DNA from: Azolla caroliniana
Taxonomy: Eukaryota; Plantae; Polypodiophyta
Assembly: GCA_043228905.1 (NCBI GenBank)
Contig: JBHGNT010000002.1
Location: 12,276,001 to 12,340,000 of the forward strand
Direction of reading: 5' to 3'
DNA length: 64,000 bases
The translations under genes were made by a program, and so were the position numbers. A model generated the notes under the pieces. That model made no database searches. It saw only the letters and a list, made by a program, of their open reading frames with translations, and was not told the origin of the DNA. Below, piece by piece: positions 35,061-48,100 of the stretch; position 1 is the first letter of the stretch, and each line of letters begins with the position of its first letter.

Positions 35061-35789
35061 GCATATAATAAGATGCAGAAGTTTTGTTTGAGCAAATGTT
35101 TCTGAAGTTTCTGGAGAGTGAATTATACGTTTTAGAGCTACTTCTGTAACTTCATTTCCACTGAGAGTTATCTGTGCGTATGTATGAAGGGCCTATTTGG
35201 TCCAAATTCTTGTTAAGTGACCGGATTTTTTAGGTTACAAAGGCTAGTATCTGAAGAGTAGAGGAAGAGCATTTATTTCCTTGATAGTCCTAATGATTTG
35301 TAATATCACTTTCTCTGTTTCCATTGGAGATTGGGGAGGGAATATCTGAATTGTAGAGAGTAATTGTTTCTACTTGGTATACAATGAATGATAGTTATTA
35401 ATTGTTTCATGATTTTTATTCATGTAGATTTGAAAGTGCAGGTCGGGATTAAATGATGGCTTCAATTATTCCTTTGTGCATAATTGTGTATGTGATGGCA
35501 GGTGGATGTTATAATTCTTTAGTTTGTTGAGCTTGTTGGTTTGATTTGGTTTACAATTTGAACTGCTGCTTGGTGCATAAATAAATATATGCCTTTGGTC
35601 AAATTGAACGAATTGATCTAAGTAAACTGATTGGTGTGTTTAGAATATTCAACGTTCTAAACAACTCCGACCAAAATCAACAAAATAGAAGGCTTTGATT
35701 AATTTGAATATTAGCAAAACTTAATTTACACACCACACCCATTCGTTGTATTAACTGGAACTATCTTGTTAAGGAAGTTGTTGAAGAAG

Positions 35790-36820
35790 CTAGCTATAGT
35801 ATTGTTGCATTCCAAAGAAAGCAACACCTATGAAGGGTGGTAACATTAAGAATAATGACAAATCCAGCATAGAAGAAGAAGAAGAAGATGATGATGATGA
35901 TGAAAGTATAGAGGAGCAGTTAAAGAATGTGGCATAGAGTGGGGTTGGGTTGGGCAGTGGTGGAGAATGTTGATAAATGAATGAGGTAGGTGGTGAGTAT
36001 GGGGAAAGATGGAGGCCATTAAGTAGAAGGCAGGTGGTGCCGTTGTCACCGTCGTCGATTGTGAGATAAGAGGGGTTGACGAGGCTTTGATCCCATTCGG
36101 AGGAGGCACAAGAGAGTATGATGTCGGTTGCATAGCAGGGGCATCTCACTTGTACACTCATGCTGCTGGCTGGGTGGTCGAACTGCAAGTCCCTTTGCTC
36201 TATCACAATAGAGGTTGCTGCGTCACACTCGGTTGTGGTGGCTGTAAGTTTAAGCACATTTAAACAACTACAAAATCAGAATACATACATACATACATAC
36301 ATACATACATACATACTTGGACATAACATGACCTTTCCTATTTACCTACCAACTGACACGGCCTCATGATATATACTATCTCCCATTAGAGCCCTCTAAT
36401 CCTACTTACTGGCTTATATCTACACAGACATTTAAGGTTTCCATTCGGCAGTCTTACCGAATTCCATCTTGATAAAATCTGACACACATGTACACTCTGT
36501 GGGTGTTCAGCACGTTTGGGAGGGCAAGGTCAAGGTCAAGGGCCATTCATTCATTATCAAAGTTAATGCGGCCCGTGCTATTAAAGAAATCAATAATTGA
36601 TGAAGTTTGTTGAACCCCCTATTTCATGTGATGCGTGGTGGTGTAAGAGAATTAGAAACACCAATAAATGAATCATGATGGGTGCATTAATCAGTAACTA
36701 GAGGTGAAGAATCATAGATCTAAGTAAGTACATACCTGCTGCACTCCTGATCATAGAATGAATGGTCACCATGGCTATGATGAGGAGAAGAACCCAGATT
36801 TGACCACAGAACATCACCAT
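35790..36820 (-). CDS. TPD1-like secreted Cys-rich protein with a Ser-rich linker and hydrophobic C-terminal (GPI/TM-like) tail, 2 exons, 178 aa
   Basis: Exon 1 (36820-36736) encodes signal peptide MVMFCGQIWVLLLIIAMVTIHSMIRSAA. A phase-1 GT-AG intron joins in frame to exon 2 (36241-35790). Exon 2 reads C..IVIEQ..VQVRCPC..DIILSC..LVNP..CLLLNG..SFIY..C, the TPD1 family pattern. Confidence 0.75.
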
Positions 36821-37599
36821 TTGCAATTAAATTAAGTAATCAATAACTTGATTCAATCAAGAATGGCCTTGTTCTTCTTTTCTCCTCTTTGATCCAAATA
36901 AAATAGAGGATAAAATTATGGCTAACCAACTTTTTGTTGACTTCTTTGGCAATCATTCGTTCCCCTTTGACTTGACCTGACTTAACGTTGCGCCCCCCCG
37001 CAAGTGATTGGTTGCTTCCTTTTTCCTTGACTCAGTAAATTAGATTACTTAGTTTTCTTTTATTATCTATTAAATACATAATGAAGGGATAGATAGAACA
37101 GAAATAGGAAACTTTCCTAAGGTTACTTAGTTCAACCACCCAAGCTCTGCCTTCCAAATGAAATACCCCCCCCCCCCCTATAGGCTATATGCTGTACTTA
37201 TGCCAAGGCCTATAGTTTTTCCAACGACACAAGCGATTGATAGTTAAATTCAGATACAATTATATTGTCAACATTTGTGCCCTAAGTAATAATTTGAGAC
37301 ATTTGTGGGCTATGAGTCTTGTGGTAAATTTGAAGTTCATTTCGTTAAGTGTGTCACATGCCAACATGTTTGATCCCTTCCTTTCTTTTTCAAGATAGAA
37401 AAGAATGGAGAGAGTAAGGGGTCATCATTCTTCAACCCATCCCATGATATCGCGATACAATGACTTGAGTTAGACGTGAGTTTGTTCAGTCATCTCCTTT
37501 GACCAATCAATTGTTTGTCTTGATATATACGGGGGTGGGAATCGGCCATCCACTTGCACTACTACTGACCACTCAGGGATATGATTCAACCAACAAGAA

Positions 37600-38407
37600 A
37601 AACAAAACAAAATGCAAAATAGAGACACATGATACGTGGAAAACCCTAAAACGGGAAAAACCATGGGACCCTTAGGGCACCAAAGATTTCATTATGACAA
37701 AGTGTACAGGTGATTACAATGTCTCTAGATCACACTACAGATTTCCCAATCTCAATGCCACAACCTTGACACAAGCCTTGTCTCACATAGTGGACGGAAA
37801 CTAGCTTTGGTTTTCGGCCTTACGGTTGTGTCATGCCTTTCGGCCTTTTGGCTGACCCTTAGCCGGCTTTCAGCCGAACCTTCTCCCATGAGAAGGGACA
37901 CAAATAACAATTGGCAACGAACCGAACCGCTAAACCGTGGTTTAAACGGTTTAACGGTTTTTTATTTTTTATTTTTAAAAAATTTTAAAAAATATTTTTA
38001 AACAATCTTTTCATTTTTAGACCTTATTCTCACATTTTAGGAACATCTTAAAAATTTTAAAAATTTTAAAAAACGAAATATTATAAATTAAATAACAAAT
38101 TAAAAATTTGACCTATGTTGAAAACTGAAACCGAACCACGAAACCACGGTTTTTACGGTTTAATGGTTTGAAAAATGTTTAATGGTTCGGTTTAACGGTT
38201 TCGTGGTTTGGTTTGGTTTAGTTCAGGTCTCAAAAAATTTAAACGGTTCGGTTCCAAATCCGAACCGTTGCCGATTGTTAGACACAAACACAACATGCCC
38301 AAGTCATCTCCATGACTTCATTACGATTCTTAAGTTCTTCTCCCATGAGGAGGGACGCAAACACAACATGTCCAAGTCATCTTCCTGGCTTCATTAAGAT
38401 TCTTACA
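37600..38407 (-). mobile_element. LTR-like remnant related to the LTR at 1-604, interrupted by a MITE; left boundary uncertain
   Basis: Shared motif gtggaaaaccctaaa..gggaaaaacca at ~37636; a ~72-bp internal duplication split by the MITE; ends ...tcttaca at 38407. Confidence 0.45.
37905..38280. mobile_element. hAT-type MITE (376 bp)
   Basis: TIRs taacaattggcaacg / cgttgccgattgtta (14/15 match); 8-bp TSD gacacaaa at 37897-37904 and 38281-38288; many aaccg/cggtt subterminal motifs. Confidence 0.9.
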
Positions 38408-38419
38408 TTTTCTTGTTAT

Positions 38420-39000
38420 TAATGGCTACAAATACTCCTCTTTATTCTTAAGATTTGAGTTCTTTGAAAAAGTTGTAGACTCAAAATTGGTGTGTGAGTC
38501 ATTGTTATAACTTCATCCTGCGTCACTAAATTTATCGCCAACTTTAGGGGAAAAAACTGAGATGACGAGGTAGAAAGTTGTTGTTGGAGTAGATGATCGT
38601 TATTCATTGGATTGTGTAGAGTAGACAATCGTGGTGAAGTTCATTCATTGGCACAAACTGTTGTCCACAATATCTTATAGAATGGCGACACATGTTTTTT
38701 ATGCATTGCTGAGCGAAGCATTTTGGATGATCTGGCAATTCTCTCTCCCTTGTTGGTTCTCTGTTAAGTAACAAGTTGGAAGTATATAGAATCAATCTCC
38801 CTATCTCACTTAAGGGAAGGATATATGGTTGGTCATTGACCTTCACATGATGTTTTTGGAATTGTGTTGGTTTCATTTCCATATAATTTATATGGTGCTG
38901 CCGATTAGACTTCTCTTAACTAATAGAAGGACATTCTTTTTGGGAGAAAAAACATTCAATTTTATGGTATGAAAATGCATGATGGGCAAGATTTTGTGGC
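38420..39000 (-). mobile_element. Possible highly decayed Mutator-like transposase remnant
   Basis: Minus-strand fragments (LPDHPKCF..CIKN, YNNDSHTNFEST) are reminiscent of MULE 'H..C..H..N' and 'TNxxESFN' motifs; weak. Confidence 0.3.
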
Positions 39001-39367
39001 AAGAGCAAATGATATACGAAAGATAATTGATGCCCTCAAAATCTATGGATTAATTGTTGGATTGCATGTTAACATTAACAAGCTTGACATGTTAACAAAT
39101 TTGTTAAGGGACTACATACCATGAATGTGGAAGCAAATTTACAACTTGTTAGAGACCCACTTACTCAACAAAGAATTCATTCGAATGATATGTGAGTCAT
39201 TTTTATTCAAGTTTCCTAGGCACATGTTTAGGAAATTTTTTTGGTTGAATAGATATGAATGGTGTAATCATAAGGTCTTTGGTGAAGGCCTATTGCTGGA
39301 GCCTACATTTTCTAAATAGTCCTTCAGACAATCATTATTTGATTGTCTACAACTTAGGGGTATCCCA

Positions 39368-39706
39368 CTTCAACCATATATTCTTTACCTGGAGTTCCTC
39401 TTAAGAATGTTCTTGTGTTGTGGTCATTTTGCACATTTCTCATTGTTATTTTGTAGGTTCTCACCTCATATTGAGGATCCCCATTAGTAGTGATGTAAGT
39501 GAGAGAGGGAGAGCTTCGACATCACCACTGATGGCTTCTTCAACCATATATTCTTTACCTAGTGTTCCTCTATGAATTTTCTTGTGTTGTGGTCATTTTG
39601 CACATTTCTCATTGTTATTTTGTAGGTTCTCACCTCATATTGAGGATTCCCATTAATAGTGATATAAGTGAAGAGAGGGAGAGCTCAGCATCACCACAGA
39701 TGGCTT
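39368..39706. repeat. ~170-bp tandem duplication
   Basis: cttcaaccatatattctttacct... starts at both 39368 and 39538. Confidence 0.9.
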
Positions 39707-40823
39707 GTTAGCTTTTCACGGTTGACCAAACATGGCCATTGACAAAACAACTACCATCTCTTCCTAGTGCCTTGTTTAGGCCAAAATGTTCATTGTAGAT
39801 CGCCTCATCATTATCATCTTCAGCAAAATCTCCAGGCTATGATAGTGAATAACAAAGTCATCATAATCATCGTCACTATCTTATTGAAGAATTTACAAAT
39901 GACAATTACTGAAATGTAGAGAATAAGTCATAATGAACATCTAGAGCTATGGTATGGCCAAGACAAGGTGAGTTGTGATCGAAGAGAACCACAAAAAGTA
40001 TACATTTTGTTTTGGGTGTTGGAAAAAATTATGTTAATTATCAAGTTGTGTGTTTTCGTCCATTAACATGTGTTTGTGGTTTTGTTTTTGTGGCAGTCTT
40101 ATGTCAAGCCCTCCATCTTCTTTATAAAACAGTAACAATAATTCAACAGAAATAAACAAATCACAGATGATAGGCTTAATATTCCATAGTGAATGAGAAC
40201 AAACCCAACAAGGTCTGTTAGCTCAGAAGTTTATAACAAAGAAAAAATCATTGAGAAACACAACGATAAAGATGCGTTTAAAACCGATTGTCTAATTTCT
40301 CATGTATTAATCATCTTACCACAGAACTTATTTATCTTTAGTATACTTTTCATGTTTTTCATCGTAATCACTAATTCTCTCCCATCACTACCTACTGACA
40401 ATATTCATATTCGAGCACCACAAATATACACAAAGCATGTTTTCTGTAGTGCATTGTATGGTTTGTAAGTTGAAAAATTGTTTCTCAACGCTAGCAGAAT
40501 GGAGGACTCCCATCATTTATGTCTTTGACAATTCAGAGCTTATTCAAAGTAACACATATATGGGATCTTGCACCATTTAGATCATGGAAACTTGCTTCAT
40601 ACATTTTTCTACTTGAAACATTTGGTTAAACTTCTCATCGACGATATTTGTTTCTTTGTTCATATATATATACATGCACTTCATTAAACATATGCAATAC
40701 AACACTTCAATCATGATACTCAAAACATATGCAGTACAATAAATATCATAAAACATTTGTCATGCCAGGTTCTACAATTTTAAATAAGGTTCATACATAT
40801 GTTGGTGCTGTTCACACCAAATT

Positions 40824-40991
40824 CACAAATTCTGCCCCTTTTTGAAAATATGTGACTATGGAGATAGAATTCCAGCAAAGTATGAACACTTCTGTGATAT
40901 TAACAGCCACAAATTCTGCCCCTTTTTGAAAATATGTGACTAGGGAGATAGAATTCCAGCAAAGTATGAACACTTCTGTGATATTAACAGC
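40824..40991. repeat. 84-bp tandem duplication
   Basis: cacaaattctgcccctttttgaaaatatgtgacta... starts at 40824 and 40908 and is nearly identical. Confidence 0.9.
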
Positions 40992-41180
40992 TGCCAACAC
41001 CAGAAACTTTGAACATGTGATGTCAAATATGCATCACGCCCAACACGACGAACATAGGTGAATGGAGTGTTTTTAATACCAGTACAGAATACAGGATAAC
41101 CAATATATAAACTTACCCATTTGAGTATTATAATTCTCTTTTATCCTTCTATAGAGTATTCCAAAAAGATTTCTCCATGT

Positions 41181-41803
41181 TCACAATGCCATTTCTGCTT
41201 GTAATGCTGCAAGTTCTTCCTCTTCAGTGGGTTTGTTAGGCCTTTGAGGAATTCTAGAGGGAACTGAAGGCAGTGTGGGAGCACTAATTGCTGGCTGAAG
41301 TAATTGCTCCTCTAGGTTTGCGCCCTCTTAAGTCTTCCAACTCAGCCTCCAGTTCATCCTAATTTCATACAAATATACTTCTTAAAGCCATTTCTCACTA
41401 AACTTTTAGTAGCTTTCATTTTTTATTTTTTCTTTATTATAAATCTGTTAAGAAGACTTTGCCTCACACTTGTCTCATGTCGCAGTCGAAATACTTTCTC
41501 TCAAGCTACTTCTACATTAATCTTAAATTTAGGGATTCACGTGGCAGTTAACCAATCGAAACTTCCTTTATTTATGTAGAAATTGGAACTTTCTAATTTA
41601 AGATTTTTTCCCACTCATTTTCTGTAGTACTAACATTTAGTCCTTGCAAACAAAGAAAACAAGAAAAGTCATCATACTCATTTGCATGACCTCATCAAAG
41701 TCTGCAACAACACCAATAGGTGTTGCCAATGCCTCCTGAATTTGCTTCACGGTCTCTGTTTGTTCATTTATCTGATCCATGGTTTTCTCCACATCATCAA
41801 TAT
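41181..41803 (-). pseudogene. VPS32: SNF7/VPS32 (ESCRT-III) gene fragment: last two exons, frameshifted and 5'-truncated
   Basis: IDDVEKTMDQINEQTETVKQIQEALATPIG..DFDE | DELEAELEDL..EEEELAALQAEMAL*. GT-AG intron 41690-41359; one extra base after EDL. Confidence 0.85.
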
Positions 41804-42340
41804 ATATGGCTAATCCTGGTAGATCTCATTGGGAGGCAATCAAAACTATCTTGAGATATTTGAAAGGAACCAAAGGTAAATGCACTATCTCCTACAATGG
41901 CTGAATATATGTCAGCAGCAGAGACTTCCAGAGAAGCCATTTGTTAGCCCGCTTGTGCAATGAGTTTGGGATGCCTGAAAAAGCATCTGTTCTTCGATGT
42001 GATAGCCAGAGTGCCATATGTTTGGCAAAGAATGCAATGTTTCATGCTTGCACAAAGCATATTGATGTGAGATACCACTTCATCGGAGAAGTCTAGAGGA
42101 TGGCCTAATCACATTGATCAAGGTGAATACTCCATAGAATCCTCTAGATGATCTCACAAAGTGTCTACCCAAGGCACAACGTTCGCTATGTATAGGGATG
42201 GTGAGAGTTATTTAACTTAAAGGAGATAAAGGCCCGAAGGACTCTCCCTTTTTGTATATTTTGACCCTTCAATGTGAAAGCTCCCTTCGAGAGCTATCTA
42301 GACATATCTTTACTATATTTTTGGCCTTAATTTGGGGGGT
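41804..42340 (+). mobile_element. Copia RT/RNase H remnant
   Basis: YMANPGRSHWEAIKTILRYLKGT and CDSQSAICLAKNAMFHACTKHIDVRYHFI; G-rich PPT-like tract near 42333. Confidence 0.75.
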
Positions 42341-42509
42341 TGTAGGCATTTACATTAGCTTTATAACTTTTGGTCATTGGCCGTGTGTGAACATGCCCAA
42401 ATGACCTAAAAATTATTTATCAATAAGAATTGGTCCCAAATCTCTCACAATGAGATAGGGACTTTTAATGGCTACGGTTTCTACTTTCTCTCTCCTCACA
42501 CAATAGATA

Positions 42510-42779
42510 AAGTATGTTAAATACGTTAAATACTTAGAATACGTGTAGAATACTTGTAAAATACGTTAAATACTTCTTAAAATTCAAAGTTTTTTTTTTC
42601 AAAAATAAGGAAATATGTTTTGAAATGATAAATACTTGTTAAATATGTAGAATACGTCAAATTTTTAGAATATGTAGAATACGTCAAATTTTAAAAAACG
42701 GTAGTTCTAAAATGTAGAATACTTCAGAGTATTCTAAAACGTACTCTAAACATAGAATACGCGTTTTTTAACAACTATG
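42510..42779. mobile_element. Probable truncated AT-rich MITE with repeated agaatacg motifs
   Basis: Multiple tagaatac/aaatacg repeats ending in a TIR-like tttttaacaactatg; no partner TIR found. Confidence 0.35.
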
Positions 42780-44926
42780 CCTATATATTCTCTTCATATA
42801 ATATATATATATATATATATTGTTATCATCGTTCTCTCTCTCTCTCTCTCTCTCTCTCCCCCCTTCTCCTAAGAGTTCTACACCCCTCTTAGTACTAATC
42901 CTCATCTTTTAGTACTACTTCCCTCTCTGTTTTAGTACTATTCATGACAATTTGAACTGATTTTTCCTTCCTTCTATCTTCTTACTTATCCCTCCATTCT
43001 CTAATACTATGGCAACTATTAGCTCTCAAGAATATCAATCCGTTTTCTCAGAGTTGCAATGCTTGAAAGAGAAGTTTCTCGCATTGGAACAAGAAAATCA
43101 ACGGCTGTTGGGGGATCTTCAACAAATCTCCTTAGAAAAGCAGCAAATGCAACAACAACATGGGGAACTAGCGTTACACGTGCAACAACTTGATGCAACC
43201 ATTGTAGCATTGCAATAACAAGGACCAAGTACGCAAGGGATTCATAAAGAATCCAAGATCAGTCTTCCTATGAAATTCGATGGAACACAATCACAGTTCA
43301 CGGGATTCCTTAATTAGGTATGATTAGTCATTCAAATGCATCCTTCCCGATATCCTACCGATGCATTAGGAGTGGGTCTAGTAGGCACATTGCTAAGTGG
43401 CTCAGCTTTGGCATGGTTCGGTCCGTTGTTAGAAAAGGAATCTCCATTACTAAATAATTTGGAGGAGTTTATAAGCGAGTTTAAAGCTTGTTTTGGAGAT
43501 ACTGATAACATAAAGACTGCAATCAACAAAATCTGATAATTACGTCAAGGTGATCATCCAGCCTCCGCATATGCTGCATATTTCTGTCTACTTGCCTCCG
43601 ATATCCCCTGGGATGATCAAACATTAATGGAACAATTTCGATAACGGCCTACGAAATGATGTCAAAGACTTACTCATGACTTTCCCCGAAGAACCAAAAT
43701 TGTTCATAGAGGCAATCAGTCGAGCGATAAGATGCGATAACCAGCTTTTCGAGCGATGTTCGGAACGCTAATTACAAATGCCAAGGACCAGGTCGGAGCC
43801 CACATACGCCTCAGTCGCAAAAAAACCATTTGCAAGGGAGTCATACAATGCATCTTCGGAAAATACTCCAACACTGATGGAAATCGACACCACACGTCGT
43901 CGTGGTCCATTGTCGGAAGAAGAAAAGCAATGACGCTGAGCACATTGCAATAAACTATCCACATAGGCCAAGAAGATAGGTAAATCAAGTAGTAGGTTGT
44001 ACTAAACCCGAGTTTATTTCATTAGAAATTTCTGATCATTCTAATAGTACTAATAGCCCAACTCTATCTAACAAATTTGAAGTCCTTAGTCAATTAGAAG
44101 AAGAGGTAAACAACTAAGTCCAGCCAAAATAGGAACCGTTTGGTTGGACAACCCTAGATCTGTGCAACCCATTAGTGGTTCCATTCCATCTAAGCAAGTT
44201 AGCAATGTGTTCTTAGCTCAAGTAATGGTTAGTACTAAAAGTACTCCTCTAGTACATGTCTTAGCACTCTTAGATTCCGGAGCCAACTCTTGCTTCATGG
44301 ATAGGAATTTTACCCAAGCTCATCAGATATCCCTAAGAAAACTTTCTTGGCCCAATATCTGTAGTAGTTATTGATGGTCGGCCCATTGCTTCCGGAAATA
44401 TCTTAGAAGAGTCAGAGCCAATTCAAATTGTCCTAGATAATTTGGTGTGTGTAGTATCATTTAATATAATTAGTAGTCCAGATCACCCAATTGTCTTGGG
44501 GTTACCATAGTTCGAATTACATAACCCAGACATAGATCGAAGAACAAGAGAAGTCCGGTATCGACAAACCCAAGGACCTACTCATAGGATTGCAACTATT
44601 TCGCTACATCAATTGCGTGAGGAAGGACGCAAGGAAGCAATGTTTGTCATCATAGTATCAGTAAAACCTTCCAACACCACTAGAGAGGAATCCACAGATT
44701 AACTTCCAGAGAAGTATCGTCATTATGCCGACGTGTTTGGTAAGGTACAAGGCAATACGCTTCCTCACCACCAACCGTATGATTGTCCCATTGATTTACA
44801 ACTAGGAAAAGAGCCACCATGGGGACCGATGTACAACTTGTCACCAACCGAGCTAGAAGTCCTTCGAGCCAACATAGATGAGAATTTGGCAAATGGTTTC
44901 ATTCGACATTCGAAACCTCCAGCCGG
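42780..44926 (+). mobile_element. Tcn1-like chromovirus I (partial 5' LTR, gag, protease, RT start), interrupted by copia C
   Basis: LTR ends TGACA at 42949; gag MATISSQEYQSVFSELQCLKEKF is close to ORF 522-1202; protease ALLDSGANSCF; RT start PYDCPIDL..GFIRHSK. Confidence 0.85.
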
Positions 44927-45112
44927 TGTTGAATACGGGCTTCTAATGGACGTATTCACATTATCTCCTTTTGTACATACTAGGCTTAGGCTATTTATGT
45001 AAATAGTGAGAAGGGCAGTTGTCCTAAGCCAGTCAGTATATAAACTGACTTTATAACCTAGTTAGGTGTTGGTTGCGTTAAGTTGTAATACACTCTTGAC
45101 ATTGTGCCTAAT

Positions 45113-45153
<41 letters not shown>

Positions 45154-48100
45154 CGTACTAGTTGGTTTCTTTTCTGTCTTCGATGCCATCAAAACTATGA
45201 ACTTGCATCCATTTACGATCTTATCCTAGAAGTGTGTTGATCTTGTTCCGCATTAGATGACGGTGTACCCAACATATGGTATCAAAGCGATGTTTGTTTG
45301 ATTCCACTGCCGCCATCTATTTGACCTCCATCGACAACTCTTCTCCTGTACACCTTGAAGACCTCAATTGGCAACTCCTCTTGAAATCACATCTGACAAA
45401 GAGAAACAACCCCAATTTGTGTTTCATTCAGTTGAACGACACTCGGGAGGACCAGTTGGATCCGTCCCTCTCATCGTTGCAGTTACATGAAACAGGATGA
45501 TCGGCCTGGTGAATCGCACATAATTAGTGTTGAGAAATCTTGGAAAAATCGACATTTAAAATCGAACAATCAAATCCGGGTTCAATTTGACTAAGTCAGT
45601 TGATTGTAGTCACTCCGAACAGGATTCATCTATATTCAAAACCGACACGACTTGTGTCCAACTCCAGTTAGAACAACATCGAGTGAGTCTGGCTGCTACA
45701 CTCCACCACAGTTCGTAGCTAACTCCAGACAAAGTCTATTAAACCAACACATATGACATCAACATCTGGCTCATCAGAGATGAGTCTAAGGAAGTTCGAC
45801 GGATCGTACTTCAACTTTTGGAAGGAGCAGATGTAGGACTATTTAATAGTCAAGGGGCAAATTGACCCCATTGAGAATGAAGACCCTCTAGAAGGATACA
45901 AACCGCTTGAATCGGAAAAGCTCGACAAAATCGTTCGAGCCACCATTCGGATGCACCTATCGGAGTTTGTGTACTTCACGGTGCAATCGTGTTCGACTGC
46001 CTTCCAACTATGGAAGACACATTCAGACACTTACAAAAAGAAGGTCGCCGCCACCAAGATATACCTGATTCGGCGCCTTTATAACCTTCGAATGAAAGAG
46101 TCTGACTCAGTCCACGCACACCTGAACAAGTACGAAAGCTTAAGCTCCCAAAATTATCGAGGATGAACTAAAAGCAATGCTGCTCATGAGTAGTCTCCCT
46201 CCTTCATGGGAAACTTTCGTTACAACCATGTGCAATGTGTCGGCAACTGCCATCAAGTACTCCTCAATCACGAGTGCAATTCTAACTGAAGCAGCTCGGA
46301 GAAAATCGTTTGCCAACGATTCAGACAACAACGCTTATGTAGTACAAGGTTCGACCGATTGATCGAATAGCCGTGGAAGAAGTTCCTCACGACAACCGAA
46401 CAATCTGTTGACCAACAAAGACTTAAAAGCCGGATAAAGTCCAGAATGGGAAAGGGATAATTATTTTAGAACCAGGAGTTGTCATCTATAATTATTATAT
46501 TTTGAGAAGCGAACGGACGGACCCGGAATCTCCGGATCCGGACCGGTTCGCGGCCGGTTGCCGATTGGCACCGGTTCCTAACATAGAGCCGATGACCTAT
46601 AAAAGGACCCAATTAGATTGTAATCAGAGAGTGGTTAATTAATGAAAGTGTTGTTCTACATCTTGTTTAATCTTTGAAGCTTTAGTTAATTACCGTTCTG
46701 TGCTTAATAGAATCTATCTTACGTGTGTATTACGATCATTAACCACGCTGGTTAGTAGCCGATTAGGAATACATTTGTATCACGGTCTACGCCTACCCCA
46801 CTTGCACCACCCCTTTGGTGAAGTGTCCTAGAGGGACACCCTGTGTTAGGGCTAGTCCTGCCCCAAGGAGTAACACAGTTTTTGGCGACCACGATTCCTG
46901 CTCAAGCATAGTGAACAACGGGGGGCATGGATGACTAGACCAACAAACGACCCAACAACGGAGCGAGCGAGACGACTCTGACACCGAAAGATGGAGGAAG
47001 CGCGAAGTGTACCACCAGGCAGCAGAAGAAATCCACGCGGATTGATCCTTTTCAAAGGTGATCCGGCGAGTGATCGCGGAGTCACTTCGTTTGCAACAAA
47101 TTTCCCATCCAGACGAAGGAAGCAGTTTAAGTAGTCTGAAGGAAGCAGAATCCATCTTGCAAGCATTGGCAGGGGAGAAGGCGATTCAGAACCATTTTCG
47201 GCATTTGAATTGGATTCGAACGACGAGTATAACGCACATTCGAATTACCGCAACAGTCACAACATCCCGGACAGACCAGAGGACGAAGAATCAGATAATA
47301 TACTGACACCAGAACCGGCGATAATAGAACTGGAAGCTTCAGGAAGGCACGAGGCGGATCAACCTCCGACACCGCCACGCAAGCCTCCAAAGGAGGAGGA
47401 GGGAAGACCTTCGACGCCAAACAAAGAGGAGGACAGAACTCCGACATCGCCTCCGAAAAAAGAGGAGGAAAAACCTCTGACATTGCCTCCAATAGAAGAG
47501 GAGGAGAGACCTCCGTCACCACTAGCTCGAGTTCCAACACCGGACGACGATATGCCGTTCCAATATCCCAAGTACCGGGATGATCTGGACGCGGACACCC
47601 ATGTGTATACATTTCTACAAACATGGGAAGCAAACCATGTGTCGCAATGCTTAAACATTGCCGAAGCAGAACGATCGAAGATTGCAGAGTTCGGCATGAC
47701 TTTGGAAGGACCAACCGCACGATGGCGGTTGACGCACCTTCCCGACATCATCATTACGTTTGAGGACTTGAAAACCAGATTTTTACAGTTCTTCCATAAG
47801 GAGGTGGATCAACGAGAGATGGTCGGCCTATTCTACACCATACGGAAACCATTCAGCAATTCGTAATCCGGTTCCAGCGGATGCACAACTAGCTAAGTCG
47901 GGCACCACTAGAAGTAGAGGCTAAAGCAATATTCCTAGCAGCACTCCGGGAACCCCTGTGTACGGTGTGCGCAATCATTGATTTCCGCACCAACATGATC
48001 AACCAGGTCATAGACTGGGTCAGGGAGATGGAGAAAACAAGCTCGTGGCTAACAATGGGGGCACTCCAGCGTGCATTACCGACAGAAGAAGACCTACGTT

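Noticed and set aside
35790-36257. WAK/LRK10 receptor ectodomain fragment
   Set aside because: No kinase lies nearby; the Cys spacing and LVNP..CL.NG..SF.Y pattern fit TPD1-like proteins better.
45277-46895. tRNA genes at tggtatca.. and tggcgacc..
   Set aside because: These are only 10-12-nt primer-binding sites next to LTRs, with no cloverleaf.
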